In this document: positions 19,021-28,052 of the stretch, one piece after another
Layout of the letters: the number at the start of each line of letters is the position of its first letter
Numbering within the stretch: position 1 is the stretch's first letter
NCBI GenBank assembly: GCA_036677365.1
Contig: JAVBWN010000030.1
Coordinates: 32,001 to 96,000, forward strand
Length of the DNA stretch: 64,000 bases
Direction of reading: 5' to 3'
From: Acholeplasma sp.
GTDB taxonomy: Bacteria > Bacillota_I > Bacilli_A > Acholeplasmatales > UBA5453
Position numbers and translations under genes: made by a program
The notes under the pieces: model-generated
Seen by the model: the letters and a program-made list of their open reading frames with translations, nothing else
Told to the model about the DNA's origin: nothing
Databases searched by the model: none

Positions 19021-19747
19021 GATTGTGGTTAGAAAATTTCACATCGATGGCATACCAATATCGATTTACGAACAAATAGATGGCACCTTGAAACCAGTTA
19101 TCTTCTCATTTCATGGATTTGATGGATACAAAGATGGAGACTATTTCAAACGTGAGGATGAACTTGCCCGTCGTGGATTCATTGTGATTGGTATTGATAC
19201 CATCTTACATGGTGAGAGACGAATCCCTGTTTTTGATTCAAAACCGTATGATGAAAAGATGAAAGACATCCATCATTGTGTTATTCAAACCGCTATGGAT
19301 GCCATTCAATTATATGAAAAATATATTAGATTCATGCCAAGGGTAATGAAAGATGCAGTTTATGCAATAGGGGTATCGATGGGGGGCGCAATCAGTATTT
19401 ACATGGCCACCATTTACCCCCTCATAAAAGCAGTATCTATCGTTGGATCGCCATCAATGATAGAATTTTATCAACTAAAACAAGAAAAGTATCAGTGGTC
19501 AAAAGATTTTTACTACGAAAGAAATTTAGCATATTTAGATAGATTTGACCCGTTTGAGCATGCACACCAGCTAAAATGTCCCTTGTTTCTAACTGCTGGA
19601 ATGATGGATGAAGTGATACCGTGTTCATTGGTATCCAAATTCATTCACCCAAAAGTAACATTTAAGTTATATGATACTGGACACATGCCGAATCAAGCAC
19701 AATTCGATGATGCTTATGCATTCTTATTATCAAAGGAGGACGTGTAA
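19013..19747 (+). CDS. Alpha/beta hydrolase (YjfP/YitV-like esterase), tandem paralogue
   Basis: FHGF, DTILHGER, GVSMGG, DEVIP, DTGH. Confidence 0.88.
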   Translation: MIEIVVRKFHIDGIPISIYEQIDGTLKPVIFSFHGFDGYKDGDYFKREDELARRGFIVIGIDTILHGERRIPVFDSKPYDEKMKDIHHCVIQTAMDAIQLYEKYIRFMPRVMKDAVYAIGVSMGGAISIYMATIYPLIKAVSIVGSPSMIEFYQLKQEKYQWSKDFYYERNLAYLDRFDPFEHAHQLKCPLFLTAGMMDEVIPCSLVSKFIHPKVTFKLYDTGHMPNQAQFDDAYAFLLSKEDV

Positions 19748-19750
19748 ATC

Positions 19751-21325
19751 GTGACAAAAAGTTATCAAGCCGTAGTAGTTGGCGGCTCACTTGGTGGCAT
19801 CATGGCTGCCTACGCACTATCAAAACAAGGGATTCACACCGCCCTCATTGAAAAAACCGATTGGATCGGTGGACAATTAACCAGTCAAGGTGTTCCGAGT
19901 GATGAACATGAATATATTGAGTTTACAGGTGCGACAGAAACATATCGTCGCTTTAGAGAGAATATTCGCTCCTATTATCGCAATCATCCAGATATCGTGG
20001 ATACTCTAAAAAATAAAAGGATATTCAATCCTGGAAATGGTTGGGTATCTAAAAATGCTGCGGATCCTCGATTGTCTCTAAAATTACTTAATGATATTCT
20101 TCAACCGTTTGTTGACAATCAAACTTTAGATATTTACCTTGAAACCCCGACTGTAGGTGCATATAAGGTACAAGACGTGATTCAGTATGTCGTGATTCAT
20201 CACAATCACGAAGATATCGTAATAAAAGCAGATTATTTTATTGACGCGACCGATATTGGTGAGTTGTTACCAATGACGGATACAGCATATGTTACAGGTG
20301 CGGAGTCATACGATGAAACACAAGAACCACATGCACCCATGGTTAAAAATTCGGAGGATATGCAACCAATCACATGGATAGCAGCGGTTGGATTCAATCC
20401 GAATAATACATCGATTATTGAAAAACCAGATTTATACGATCAATTCAAGAATTACATTATGCCATTTGGTGAATCTGTACTCAGTTGGTATGCAGCGGGC
20501 CTAGAACAAGGATCAAAACGTGCATTTTCAATGTTCGCAGAAGGTGAATACCAATCCACACCAGCGATGTTCACATATCGACAAGTCATTGAGAAAAATC
20601 ATTTTAAAACCAGTGTTCCTTACTCAGTAACACTAATTAACTGGCCTCAAAATGATTATTTCTTCGGCAATATTTACGATGATCCAAATTCGGACTATCA
20701 CCGTTATGCAGCCAAGCAGTTAACATTGTCACTTATATATTGGCTTCAAACAGAAGCTAGAAGAGATGATGGTGGTTATGGCTATCCAGAAGTCTGTTTA
20801 GTACCTGAAGTCTTAGGTACAAAAGATGGCTTAGCCAAAGCACCTTATATTCGTGAGTCGAGAAGAATTAAAGCATTGTACACCATTAAAGAACAAGTTA
20901 TTAACAAGCGATATGCATTGAAACCACCTCATTTCAGAGATCGTATCGGGATTGGACATTACCATATAGATTTACATATGACAACAAAAACCAAAACCTA
21001 TTTTTTTGATGAGACATATCCATTTCAAATTCCACTCGGAGCGCTAATACCAATCGAGACAAAAAACTTGATCGCAGCTTGTAAAAATATTGGAACGACA
21101 CATGTGACCAATGGTTGTTACAGACTGCATCCTGTAGAGTGGAACATCGGAGAAAGTGCAGGTTATTTGGTGGCCTTCGCCATCAAGCATCAAGTGAGTC
21201 CAAAACAAATCTATCAAGATGATGTATTACTCGAATCGTATCAAGAATTATTAAAACAATCGGGCATTTTGATTGAATGGCCTGTAGAAGTATTGGAGGG
21301 TCATGATGAAAAAAGATCTAAATAA
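19751..21325 (+). CDS. FAD-dependent oxidoreductase (FAD_oxidored family)
   Basis: VVVGGSLGG Rossmann start, WIGGQLTSQGV, FIDATDIGE, PYIRESRR, PFQIPLGALIP, THVTNGCYRLHPVEWNIGE; GGAGG RBS, GTG start. Confidence 0.9.
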   Translation: MTKSYQAVVVGGSLGGIMAAYALSKQGIHTALIEKTDWIGGQLTSQGVPSDEHEYIEFTGATETYRRFRENIRSYYRNHPDIVDTLKNKRIFNPGNGWVSKNAADPRLSLKLLNDILQPFVDNQTLDIYLETPTVGAYKVQDVIQYVVIHHNHEDIVIKADYFIDATDIGELLPMTDTAYVTGAESYDETQEPHAPMVKNSEDMQPITWIAAVGFNPNNTSIIEKPDLYDQFKNYIMPFGESVLSWYAAGLEQGSKRAFSMFAEGEYQSTPAMFTYRQVIEKNHFKTSVPYSVTLINWPQNDYFFGNIYDDPNSDYHRYAAKQLTLSLIYWLQTEARRDDGGYGYPEVCLVPEVLGTKDGLAKAPYIRESRRIKALYTIKEQVINKRYALKPPHFRDRIGIGHYHIDLHMTTKTKTYFFDETYPFQIPLGALIPIETKNLIAACKNIGTTHVTNGCYRLHPVEWNIGESAGYLVAFAIKHQVSPKQIYQDDVLLESYQELLKQSGILIEWPVEVLEGHDEKRSK

Positions 21326-22298
21326 ACGCGTTATTCCAACCTTAGATAGCCATTACGCTACGCTACCATCTTTTGAAAATATAGATGTATTCGAAGGTCA
21401 AATCATGGATGAACTCGGTCCACAAGCGGCACCAAAGTGTTTTTTAGGGGCATGGTATCGAAAAGTATACTCATCAAAAGATGCGTGGTTAGGCATTGAA
21501 GGTACCATACGTTTGGGTGAATTTACGCCAGATAACAATCGATATGGTTCAGATGGTCGGACATTTTGGGATAGATTTTTAGACAACCCATCCATTTATA
21601 TGGGGGGACACGCACAATCTGAATCCGATGCGGGTTTAGGTTGGATGGTGGGCTATGAATCACTCAATACAGATGAACCATTAAACTACGGTTCTAAAAA
21701 AATCTGCTATCGTCCATTTTATCGTTACATCTACTCAGAAGTGATTGATATTGAAGGTAATGTCACCAGAAATAACGTCAATTCTTGGAATGTAAGTGAC
21801 CCTAAACGTTTTGAATATTATTATTTTCCGGGTGATTTGATCAAGATGAGTGTCTATACTCCAGTAGAGAACTACTTACAACTTAGAATTGAAGTACTAG
21901 AACCAACCAGTATTCCCAAATACAAATCACAAAGAGAACAATATAAACTTAAAAACAATTGGCCAACCGTATATTATAGTCCGTTATTTTATAGTGAAGG
22001 TCATGGTGTATTGAATGCTGAATTCAAACGTGTCAATTCTATTGACCAGTACGGTAATGAAGGATCAAATGTTAAAATGACTCAAGCTAAAGTGTCAGAT
22101 GCAATATGGGAATCGGTTTATTTGTATCGGAAGATACAAGGAAAATGGATGAAAGTCCCATTCATTAAACAAAGACAAACAACCATGGTTTGCCCAAACA
22201 ATGAATCATTCACTATAACAACCAATGAGTTATTATCCTCTAAGGGTGGCGAAATCATCCGTATTCACCCCCAACCATTAAGCGAGAAAGAAGTGTAA
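21303..22298 (+). CDS. Cytoplasmic uncharacterised YncM/YrpD-like protein, paralogue of the lipoprotein at 15391
   Basis: No signal peptide; shares CF.GA.Y.KV.SSKD.W.GIE, LDNPS.YMGGHA..ESD.GL, YYY.PGD, AEFKRVN.IDQ..NEG. Confidence 0.75.
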   Translation: MMKKDLNKRVIPTLDSHYATLPSFENIDVFEGQIMDELGPQAAPKCFLGAWYRKVYSSKDAWLGIEGTIRLGEFTPDNNRYGSDGRTFWDRFLDNPSIYMGGHAQSESDAGLGWMVGYESLNTDEPLNYGSKKICYRPFYRYIYSEVIDIEGNVTRNNVNSWNVSDPKRFEYYYFPGDLIKMSVYTPVENYLQLRIEVLEPTSIPKYKSQREQYKLKNNWPTVYYSPLFYSEGHGVLNAEFKRVNSIDQYGNEGSNVKMTQAKVSDAIWESVYLYRKIQGKWMKVPFIKQRQTTMVCPNNESFTITTNELLSSKGGEIIRIHPQPLSEKEV

Positions 22299-22300
22299 TT

Positions 22301-22975
22301 ATGTCGATATTAAATCAAATTAAAGGCAGACTCATCGTTAGTTGCCAAGCATTAGAAAATGAGCCTTTGCATGGTGCGGAAATCATGAGAAAAATGGCTA
22401 AAGCTGCTAAAGAAGGTGGGGCAGTAGCCATTCGAGCGAATGGGGTCAATGATGTCATCGCAATCAAAGATGAAACACAACTACCTGTGATCGGACTCAT
22501 CAAAAGAGATTACCCAAACTGCGATGTATATATTACACCAACTATCCGAGAGATTGATGAATTGATTCATTCTGGTTGTGAGATAATTGCTATGGATGCG
22601 ACCAATCGTTGTCATCCAGACCGTGTGACCTTAAAAGAAAAAGTCGAACGAATTCACCAAGCCAGTCGTTTGGCAATGGCAGATATATCGACCCTAGAGG
22701 AAGCAATTCAAGCACAATCACTCGGATTTGACATTGTTTCTACGACCCTTTCTGGTTATACACCTTACTCACCTCAACAAGAAGCCCCAGATTTCCAATT
22801 AATTGGGGAATGTGTTAAAAACTTGAGTATTCCTGTGATTGCAGAAGGCAGAATTTTTTCTGTTGAAGATATCAAAGCTGTGAAAGCTCAAAAACCATTT
22901 GCCATTGTTGTTGGCAGTGCTATAACTAGACCTCAAATCATTACAAAACGTTTTAATGACGCTTATCTAGAATAA
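22301..22975 (+). CDS. nanE: N-acetylmannosamine-6-phosphate 2-epimerase
   Basis: LIVSCQAL.NEPLH, LPVIGLIK, YITPT, TTLSGYT, PVIAEGR, VVGSAITRP. Confidence 0.97.
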   Translation: MSILNQIKGRLIVSCQALENEPLHGAEIMRKMAKAAKEGGAVAIRANGVNDVIAIKDETQLPVIGLIKRDYPNCDVYITPTIREIDELIHSGCEIIAMDATNRCHPDRVTLKEKVERIHQASRLAMADISTLEEAIQAQSLGFDIVSTTLSGYTPYSPQQEAPDFQLIGECVKNLSIPVIAEGRIFSVEDIKAVKAQKPFAIVVGSAITRPQIITKRFNDAYLE

Positions 22976-22981
22976 TCAGAT

Positions 22982-23007
22982 ACAGACTTCGGTCTGTTTT
23001 TGTTTTT
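22982..23007 (+). terminator. Intrinsic terminator ending the long operon
   Basis: ACAGAC-TTCG-GTCTGT followed by TTTTGTTTTT. Confidence 0.8.
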
Positions 23008-23070
23008 CGAGGATAGGAAAAATGAATCAAATAATGTATGTTATACTGATATCAAATGGGGTGTAATAAA

Positions 23071-24897
23071 ATGAACTCAAAACTCAAACACGCGATTCAA
23101 CAAGTTGAAAATAAATTAAGTTTAGATTTGTCCTCGATGCATTCGGTCAACTTTATTGAACAACAACAACCAGGGTATCGAATCCAAAAGAACGAAACAG
23201 AGGTGTCCATTCATTACCACAATTTGAATGATGCCTTAACTGCGATCGGAATTTTATTATCTAACCCGAAATCGAGTTATTTATATGATCAAACACGTGC
23301 GTTTAAGCGCGTGGGTTTGATGCTCGATGTTGCTCGCATGGCTGTACCAAAGATGGAAACACTCGAAAAATACATCCTCATTTTATCCCTATTCGGATAT
23401 AACTACTTGGGGCTCTATTTAGAAGATGTGTTCGAAGTGGACAACGAACCGAAATTTGGCTATATGCGCGGTAGATATACACAAAGTGAACTCAAACGAT
23501 TGGATGATTTTTCTGCCAGTCTCGATTTTGAAATCGTACCATACATTCAAACATTGGCCCACCTAGCTTCAGCGTTTAAACACTTCGAATATGCTTCAAT
23601 CAAAGACATCGATGATATTTTATTGGTCGGCGAACCAAGGACTTATGAATTGATTGAAAACATGTTAAAAACCACCAAGAAAGTGTTTAGAAGTTCAGAA
23701 ATCAACATTGGTATGGATGAAGCTTGGATGCTTGGACTTGGAAAATACCTCCAAAAATACGGGTATCAAGACCGATTAAAAATCATGTTTGATCACCTCG
23801 AAAAAGTGAATGCATTGTGCATTAAATATAACTATAAACCCGCTATGTGGGCTGACATGTTTTTTCATTTGGTGGGTGGACATTATTTCAAAGATGACAT
23901 CGAATTTAGTGATGAAATTAAATCCAGAATCCCTCAAAATATGAAGCTGATTTACTGGGACTACTATCAAACTGATATTAAAAAATACCATTCAAAATTC
24001 AAAGCATTGAGTCAACTCACCCATAATTATGGCTACGCTGGCGGCGCATGGAAGTGGATTGGTTTTTCACCAAGCAACGATGTGACGATGCGAACCATGT
24101 CATTAGCCATTGAAGCAGCCAAAGATTATCACATCGAAGATTTCATTGTTACAGCTTGGGGTGACAATGGTGGTGAAGCCTCACAATTCTCTATACTACC
24201 AGGGTTGTTATTCATCATACAACAAATCAATGGTAATGACCGACTACACTTAGATAACCTATCATCGCTACTTACAGGGTTAACCTATAATCAATGGTTA
24301 GACTTAGATTTACCCAACCGATTGTATAAAAATCAACCCGCCATCCCAGTGAATCCTTCAAAGTACTTATTGTATGAAGATCCTTTTTTAGGATTATACA
24401 ATCAAAGACTTCACCCAAGTTATGATCAGTATTATCAGTCATACAAACGCATCCTTAAAGCGGATTCTAAAATAGAAAGTTCCTTCCAATACATATTTAT
24501 TTCGATGTATCATCTGTGTGACATTTTAAGCTTAAAATCGACCCTGAGTATTCGACTCAAACAAGCCTATGATACCAAGAATATCGATATATTGAGTGCC
24601 ATTACGTATCGAGAAATACCAAGTATTATTCGAAAAATCGAACAATTTTATCAAGCCTTTTACAAGCAGTGGCATTTGGAAAATAAACCGTTTGGATTTG
24701 AACATCACAGCCACCGTCTAGGTGGTTTAAAACAACGATTAACCGATATCGCCAATGATTTACATGACTTTATAAACGCATCCAATAGCCAAATTCCAGC
24801 ACTCGAAGAAAGAATCATTGAACTCGCAAATGACCCATATAACGGCTGTCGCTATTTAAACTATTATGGGGATTACACCTCATTTGGAAAGATGTAA
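23071..24897 (+). CDS. GH20 beta-N-acetylhexosaminidase (cytoplasmic type)
   Basis: GLMLDVAR, LYLED, FGYMRGRY, PYIQTLAH, catalytic INIGMDEA, MWADMF, YWDYY, TAWGDNG; own extended -10 TGtTATACT at 23039-23047. Confidence 0.93.
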   Translation: MNSKLKHAIQQVENKLSLDLSSMHSVNFIEQQQPGYRIQKNETEVSIHYHNLNDALTAIGILLSNPKSSYLYDQTRAFKRVGLMLDVARMAVPKMETLEKYILILSLFGYNYLGLYLEDVFEVDNEPKFGYMRGRYTQSELKRLDDFSASLDFEIVPYIQTLAHLASAFKHFEYASIKDIDDILLVGEPRTYELIENMLKTTKKVFRSSEINIGMDEAWMLGLGKYLQKYGYQDRLKIMFDHLEKVNALCIKYNYKPAMWADMFFHLVGGHYFKDDIEFSDEIKSRIPQNMKLIYWDYYQTDIKKYHSKFKALSQLTHNYGYAGGAWKWIGFSPSNDVTMRTMSLAIEAAKDYHIEDFIVTAWGDNGGEASQFSILPGLLFIIQQINGNDRLHLDNLSSLLTGLTYNQWLDLDLPNRLYKNQPAIPVNPSKYLLYEDPFLGLYNQRLHPSYDQYYQSYKRILKADSKIESSFQYIFISMYHLCDILSLKSTLSIRLKQAYDTKNIDILSAITYREIPSIIRKIEQFYQAFYKQWHLENKPFGFEHHSHRLGGLKQRLTDIANDLHDFINASNSQIPALEERIIELANDPYNGCRYLNYYGDYTSFGKM

Positions 24898-24901
24898 AAC
24901 C

Positions 24902-25081
24902 ATGACCTATACCAAAGAAGAATTGCTTGAAGGCATTCAAGCGATGGAATCTCTTATCCGAAAAAGTGAGAAGACATTACCCAATTTAGCGCCTGGGTCG
25001 GGACCACACACCACACTTTCGCGAAGACTCAAAGCTTTCAAATTAACCAAAGCGATTTTAGAAGAAAAACTTAGTGAATAA
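24902..25081 (+). CDS. Small helical hypothetical protein (59 aa)
   Basis: MTYTKEELLEGIQAMESLIRKSEK...HTTLSRRLKAF; starts 4 nt after GH20 stop; resembles a small conserved Bacillota family from memory. Confidence 0.7.
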   Translation: MTYTKEELLEGIQAMESLIRKSEKTLPNLAPGSGPHTTLSRRLKAFKLTKAILEEKLSE

Positions 25082-25086
25082 CCAAG

Positions 25087-25137
25087 AAAAAAACGATAGA
25101 AATCGTATCACATCGCGATCTCTATCGTTTATTTTTT
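25087..25137. terminator. Bidirectional intrinsic terminator
   Basis: AAAAAAACGATAGA...TCTATCGTTTATTTTTT between convergent genes. Confidence 0.75.
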
Positions 25138-25977
25138 GAGTTGTTTTTTAATGGCGATGGCTGCATGCATCCCATCTGCCGCTGCTTTCGCCACCTGTAA
25201 GACCCCACCGACGGTATCGCCTGCAGCGTATAAACCTTCAATGTTGGTCATGAAATTGTCATCCACAACGATGTTTGTATTTTCGACAATCGCGCCAATT
25301 CTAGTCGCGAATTCAACAGCGCCAGGTGAACCCAGTGCGATGAATATCCCATCCACATCATACGAACCATGGGCAGTGACGATGGTGGTGGCTTTATCTT
25401 CATCCCCAGTGATTTCTGTGATCACATCCTGGATGACTGGGTAGTCCACATCCACAGTGAGGGCATTACCATTGGTGAAGATTTGAATATCCTCAGTGAG
25501 AAATTCCATATCTTTGAGTTCATGTAACATGTATTCGTTATAACCCACCAAGGCGAGTTTCTTCTTTCTAAAAAAGAACCCATCACACGTAACACAAAAA
25601 CTGATGCCTTTACCACGATACTTTTGAAACCCTTTGATTCTCAGTGTGGTTCTTGGTTTACCTGTAGCGAGTAACACAGTTTTGCCTTCATAGACACCCT
25701 TTTTTGTGGTGACTGTGAAATGCTCAAACTTGTCAATCGCGATGACTTCGTCTTGTAAAACTTCGATGCCTAATTCGTTGGCTTGTTTTACCCCGCGCTC
25801 AATGAGCTCAGTGCCAGTAATTCCCCCAGGAAATCCATAGTAATTGTCAATGATGACGCCATCATACAGCGATCCATTGTCTTTACCAATGACTAAAACG
25901 TTCTTGTTAGAACGCTTGAGGTAAATCGCGGCTGAGATCCCTGAAGGACCTTTACCGATGATGATTGTATCAAACAT
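25129..25977 (-). CDS. trxB: Thioredoxin reductase-like flavoprotein (probably not NADPH-dependent)
   Basis: IIGKGPSG, DNYYGF, LATG, GISFCVTCDG, TNIEGLYAAGD; adjacent thioredoxin. Confidence 0.88.
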   Translation of the reverse strand: MFDTIIIGKGPSGISAAIYLKRSNKNVLVIGKDNGSLYDGVIIDNYYGFPGGITGTELIERGVKQANELGIEVLQDEVIAIDKFEHFTVTTKKGVYEGKTVLLATGKPRTTLRIKGFQKYRGKGISFCVTCDGFFFRKKKLALVGYNEYMLHELKDMEFLTEDIQIFTNGNALTVDVDYPVIQDVITEITGDEDKATTIVTAHGSYDVDGIFIALGSPGAVEFATRIGAIVENTNIVVDDNFMTNIEGLYAAGDTVGGVLQVAKAAADGMHAAIAIKKQLKK

Positions 25978-25978
25978 C

Positions 25979-26290
25979 TTAAACGCCTAGGGCTTTTCTG
26001 AGTTCTTCTTTAGAACGTACACCAATGATGCTGTTTACGACTTTTCCACCTTTGAATACCAATACGGTAGGGATGGACATGATTCTAAATTGGTTTGCTA
26101 GTTCAGATTGTTCGTCAACATTCACTTTGCCAACCACAGCTAAACCTTTAACTTCTTCGGATAAAGATTCAACGATGGGTCCTAACATTTGGCAAGGACG
26201 GCACCATGCTGCCCAGAAATCCACCAAAACAGGTTGACTGGATTCTAAAACAACACTCTTAAAATTTTCTTTTGTAATAGCTATAGCCAT
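25979..26290 (-). CDS. trxA: Thioredoxin
   Basis: LVDFWAAWCRPC, KVNVDE, IMSIPT. Confidence 0.96.
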   Translation of the reverse strand: MAIAITKENFKSVVLESSQPVLVDFWAAWCRPCQMLGPIVESLSEEVKGLAVVGKVNVDEQSELANQFRIMSIPTVLVFKGGKVVNSIIGVRSKEELRKALGV

Positions 26291-26409
26291 ATTCTGATTC
26301 CTCCTATATAGAAATAACAGTTGTTATTATACCTATTCACAGAACAGAAATCTAGTAGTTTGCAACAATTATTATGTTATAATAGATAAGAACTCTAGTA
26401 GGTGATTAA

Positions 26410-27225
26410 ATGACTAAAATTAAGGTGGAAAACCTCAAATTTTCATATAACAATAAAGACGAAGCCATCCAAAATCTTTCTTTTAAAATCGAAGAAGGGT
26501 CTTGGGTTTGTATCGTTGGACACAACGGTTCTGGTAAAAGTACGCTAGCGAAATTGCTGATTGGTCTGTTGAAAGCCGATGCTGGTTCGATTATCATCGA
26601 TGGCATCGAAATGAATGAAAAAACCGTTCAAGAGATTCGTAAAAAAGTAGGCATCGTATTTCAAAATCCAGACAACCAATTTGTGGGTGTTACGGTGAAA
26701 CACGACATCGCATTTGGGTTGGAAAACCAATGTGTACCTCAACCGAAAATGGTTGAACTGGTCGATGAATACGTGAATATCGTTGGCATGAAAGACTATT
26801 TGAACAAAGAACCCCATCAATTGTCTGGTGGTCAAAAACAAAGGGTTGCTATTGCAGGTGCGCTTGCGATGAACCAAGACATCATGATTTTTGATGAAGC
26901 AACCTCCATGTTAGACCCAGAAGGGGTTAGAGACATCACAGAATTTATTGTGAAACTCAATAAAGAATTCAAGAAAACCATCATTACGATTACACATGAT
27001 TTAGAGTTCGCGAAAAGAGCGGACCAAATGATCGTGCTCAATAAAGGTAAAGTTGTCCTATCCGGTACCCCGGATGATGTCTTCAGCCACAAAGACATTT
27101 TAGAACAAACCGACCTCAATATCCCATTTGGTATGCGTGTGTTTGACCAAGTGAATAAAGACGACATATTGAAGAAAGACGAAGCATTGGTAAAGGCACT
27201 ATGGGCATACAGTTTAACCAAGTAA
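26410..27225 (+). CDS. ecfA1: ECF transporter ATPase A1
   Basis: GHNGSGKST, FQNPDNQFVG, LSGGQKQR, DEATSMLDP. Confidence 0.95.
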   Translation: MTKIKVENLKFSYNNKDEAIQNLSFKIEEGSWVCIVGHNGSGKSTLAKLLIGLLKADAGSIIIDGIEMNEKTVQEIRKKVGIVFQNPDNQFVGVTVKHDIAFGLENQCVPQPKMVELVDEYVNIVGMKDYLNKEPHQLSGGQKQRVAIAGALAMNQDIMIFDEATSMLDPEGVRDITEFIVKLNKEFKKTIITITHDLEFAKRADQMIVLNKGKVVLSGTPDDVFSHKDILEQTDLNIPFGMRVFDQVNKDDILKKDEALVKALWAYSLTK

Positions 27226-28052
27226 GCTATTTTTATCGTGGCGTTAAAAATGAGACTTACGAAGCCATCAATCAAATCAGTTTAGCCATTCAAGATGGTG
27301 AATTTGTCGCGATTTGTGGACAAACAGGTAGTGGTAAAACCACCCTTGTACAACACATGAATGCGTTACTAAAACCCACCCGCGGGACCGTTCAAATTTA
27401 TGAACATACCATCCCGATTCAAGACAAAAAAACAAAAATAGGTCCAATCCGTAAAAAAGTTGGGCTTGTTTTCCAATTCCCTGAATACCAGTTGTTTGAA
27501 GAAACCATCCTTAAGGACATTATGTTTGGACCTATGAACTTTGGTTTATCCTTGAAAGAAGCCGAAGAAAAAGCCAGACACGCGGCACAATTGGTAGGAC
27601 TGGATGAAGCAATCCTTCAAAAATCGCCGTTTAGAATCAGTGGTGGTCAAATGCGTCGGGTAGCGATTGCAGGGATCCTTGCGATGGAACCAGAAATGCT
27701 TGTTTTAGATGAACCCACCCGGGGGTTAGACCCGAAGGGTTCGGATGAAATGATGGCACTTTTTAATGAATTACACATCAAACATGGGAAAACCATCGTC
27801 CTCATCACCCATGACATGGACATTGTTGCCCGTTATGCGAAACGCATCTTAGTGATGGATAAAGGTAAAATCAAATTCGATGGTACGAGAGAGTTATTGT
27901 TTATTTCGGATGAATTCGAAAAACTGCACTTAGCGAAACCACAAGCTTATCGTATGATGGAATACCTGTCGAAAACATTGGGTTACCCATTCAAACAGGT
28001 ATTTACAGAAGAAGAACTCCTTGCATACATGAAGGCGGTGCACCATGAATAA
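27201..28052 (+). CDS. ecfA2: ECF transporter ATPase A2
   Basis: GQTGSGKT, FQFPEYQLFEET, SGGQMRR. Confidence 0.95.
   Translation: MGIQFNQVSYFYRGVKNETYEAINQISLAIQDGEFVAICGQTGSGKTTLVQHMNALLKPTRGTVQIYEHTIPIQDKKTKIGPIRKKVGLVFQFPEYQLFEETILKDIMFGPMNFGLSLKEAEEKARHAAQLVGLDEAILQKSPFRISGGQMRRVAIAGILAMEPEMLVLDEPTRGLDPKGSDEMMALFNELHIKHGKTIVLITHDMDIVARYAKRILVMDKGKIKFDGTRELLFISDEFEKLHLAKPQAYRMMEYLSKTLGYPFKQVFTEEELLAYMKAVHHE

Noticed and set aside
14810..24897. Labelling the island a canonical sialic-acid (nan) operon
   Set aside because: Only nanE is present. No sialidase, nanA or nanK was recognised in the window, although they could lie outside it.
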